DNA of 64,000 nucleotides from Microthyrium microscopicum (Eukaryota): NCBI GenBank assembly GCA_010405405.1, contig MU004236.1, positions 793,457 to 857,456 of the forward strand, read 5' to 3'. Shown piece by piece: positions 61,966 to 64,000 of this stretch (position 1 is its first letter; each line of letters starts with the position of its first letter). The notes under the pieces were generated by a model. It saw only the letters and a program-made list of their open reading frames with translations, ran no database searches and was not told where the DNA came from. The position numbers and the translations under genes were made by a program.

Positions 61966-63975
61966 TCACATAACCGTACATGAGTTGCCACCATTCAGCG
62001 GCGAGCTTCTAGCTCTCCGCCTCCGGACTGCCACGCCATTGGCATCGACCACACCCTCCTCACCATGCATTGCCTCAAGCGCCTCACGCATGCGTCTGCG
62101 TCGTCGTCTGCCGCCTTGCGATGCCTCTTCGCCTAACATCATAAACTCTGCCCATTTGCGCTCTAGTCTGCGAGCGCGATCGAAATCGCACGCATGTACG
62201 CGTTTAGAGTGCTCATTTATGGTAGGCTGCCAAGTATAAAATGCCTTTAAGGAAATGACCTCGTGGCAATACGTTGGCCTCGCCTTCTCGGCCGGCGCTT
62301 TGGAGGATATATCGGCGAGCGTACCGGCAGAGAAGCCCGTCGTCAACGAGTCCGCGATGTTCGTGGAGCTGAAGCTTGCAGAGGCTGGGTTTAAGAGGAT
62401 ATGGCTTGGTGGGCGAATGACTTCGGCATTGCGAGAGAGGACTTCGCGGACGCCCATCCATGTGACGTTCGGGCAGTCGTATACAACCATTCGTAAGCCG
62501 ATGTGCACGTCTTGCGCTACTCCTCGTTTACCAACGACCTTTTTGGCGGCTTGACGATTGCGTTCGCGGACGGCGGCGGCTGCTTCGATGAGGCAGAGGT
62601 CGGATATTCGGGTGTTGTCCATGTCGATGCGCTCGAGATGTCGGCAGGCTCTAATCAGCGGAACCATTCCAGCATCGGTTAGAGCTTCACAGTAGGATAT
62701 GCTTAGATGTTTGAGAATGTTTGCGGCAGGTGATGTTGCTATGGCACTAAGTGTTGCGTTTGTGATATTCTCTAGCTCTTCAAGATCTAGATGTGTAAGA
62801 CGTGGAAATGTTGGTAATATCTTGGTTAAGCTGGCATCGGTGATCCATGTTGCTGGAAGAGTATTTGGCTGATTGCACTTGGCTAAGTGAAGACCTTCAA
62901 GATCGGGAATATTGTGTGCCAACAATTGGATGCTGGCATCTGTGAGTTGGCGACATCTAGTAAAATCAAGATGTTTGAATTTTCGGGGTGGACAGATGAT
63001 TCGGCCTGTATCCCAGTCCTTTTCTCCATTCACGCCGACGATGAGTGCGGATAGCGCCTGATCTGTAAAGGCGTCGCAGTTTGTGAGAGCTAAGCGTTCA
63101 AGAGAGTTCCGTTCGAAGAGCTCTAAACAGAAGGCAACGTCGTCCCAGCCACGCACTTCTCCAGCTCGCAGATCTTTAAGGTTCGGACAGCCTTCAACTA
63201 CCTTTCTTATTCCTCGAGTGTCGACATTTTGGCACCAAGTGACATTCAAAAGCTCCAGCTTCGGACAATTCTGACCGATTATCTTCAAAGCGGCGTTTGT
63301 AACAGCTGGTAGACCAGAAACGTTAATGTGAACCAGGCGCGAGTTCTGTAGAAGAAAGCTGTGCACCGATGCCCGATCAATCAAGCAGCCTTCCAAAGAA
63401 AAGTTTTCCAGATTTCCGCAAGCTTCGATGAGGCCTTTCAGTGTCCACTTCTCGCGTAGCTGTACACATCCTCGCAGGTTTAGATCACGTACGAAGGGGC
63501 CAGCATTTGAGATGATTTTCACCAAAGCATCGGCCGGAATATCACGGTAATACTCCGAGGCGTCCAGCCTGCTCCACAGTTGGCCATCGAAGCAGAAATC
63601 GTACCAGATCTTGGAAACGCGGGATGAGCGCACGACTTCGCGTGGGGTAAGGAAACTTAGGACCTGTATGCGGATCTCTGAGGGCATATCATTCCAGAAA
63701 TTAAAGTTCTTTCTCCTGGGGAGGTCTTGCACCTCGTCAGCCGTTCCCGCACATGAGAAGTAGTCTTCTTCTGCAATTGTACCCTCAGACAGACCCGGAG
63801 AAACCGGATGAACTCCAAAAGGGAGGCCGACATTTGAAGACAAGTTTCTTTCCAGTGTTCTGGCGCGAGGTCTCAGATCGAAGGTAGGTGTCGCTGGACC
63901 CGGGCTGTTTGCAGCCGAAGTTGGAGCTGTTGAGAACTGCTGAGAGAGCTCAGAGTTTAGAGAGGAGCTGGACAT
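61966..63975 (-). CDS. F-box/leucine-rich-repeat protein (FBXL-like); 5' end may lie beyond the window
   Basis: F-box MPSEIRIQVLSFL...SRVSKIWY followed by cysteine-containing LRRs (LNLRGC, LNVTWC, LSISYCE, LERIDMDN). The frame stays open to the window edge. Confidence 0.88.
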   Translation of the reverse strand: MSSSSLNSELSQQFSTAPTSAANSPGPATPTFDLRPRARTLERNLSSNVGLPFGVHPVSPGLSEGTIAEEDYFSCAGTADEVQDLPRRKNFNFWNDMPSEIRIQVLSFLTPREVVRSSRVSKIWYDFCFDGQLWSRLDASEYYRDIPADALVKIISNAGPFVRDLNLRGCVQLREKWTLKGLIEACGNLENFSLEGCLIDRASVHSFLLQNSRLVHINVSGLPAVTNAALKIIGQNCPKLELLNVTWCQNVDTRGIRKVVEGCPNLKDLRAGEVRGWDDVAFCLELFERNSLERLALTNCDAFTDQALSALIVGVNGEKDWDTGRIICPPRKFKHLDFTRCRQLTDASIQLLAHNIPDLEGLHLAKCNQPNTLPATWITDASLTKILPTFPRLTHLDLEELENITNATLSAIATSPAANILKHLSISYCEALTDAGMVPLIRACRHLERIDMDNTRISDLCLIEAAAAVRERNRQAAKKVVGKRGVAQDVHIGLRMVVYDCPNVTWMGVREVLSRNAEVIRPPSHILLNPASASFSSTNIADSLTTGFSAGTLADISSKAPAEKARPTYCHEVISLKAFYTWQPTINEHSKRVHACDFDRARRLERKWAEFMMLGEEASQGGRRRRRRMREALEAMHGEEGVVDANGVAVRRRRARSSPLNGGNSCTVM

Positions 63976-64000
63976 GGGATCGTATGAAGAATGGAGAGAA

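Overview
Eukaryotic DNA from a filamentous ascomycete (Pezizomycotina). Evidence: short GT-AG introns with CTRAC/CTAAY branch points, and a RIP-degenerate AT-rich block. Bases 1-5290 are an AT-rich, RIP-mutated transposon block containing a dead hAT transposase, a second dead spliced ORF and a ~175-bp hairpin. Gene-dense sequence follows: a CENP-B-type HTH protein, then a PXA-domain protein with an unusual 1.86-kb intron. About 14-30 kb looks accessory. A pair of ~235-bp inverted repeats brackets an EEF1AKMT4-like methyltransferase and a NACHT-ankyrin NLR-like gene. Converging on that NLR is a co-oriented trio: a small 160-aa protein, a CorA-like 2-TM protein lacking the GMN motif, and a Ser/Thr kinase-vWA fusion. 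This four-gene set is the best candidate for an undescribed innate-immunity/cell-death module (inference). The rest is mostly housekeeping: NT-C2 protein, AYR1-like SDR, RGP1, a secreted protein with PrP-like GGGW repeats, SNF2 helicase, GAS2-domain protein, RNase T2, SLS1-like protein, the divergent D-galacturonate pair gaaC/gaaA, RPC11, a small ankyrin protein, SF3B5, an ORF with a probable premature TAG, a 38-bp minisatellite with dimeric higher-order structure, and an F-box/LRR gene. All calls come from reading the sequence by eye; no searches were run. Gene spans include introns.
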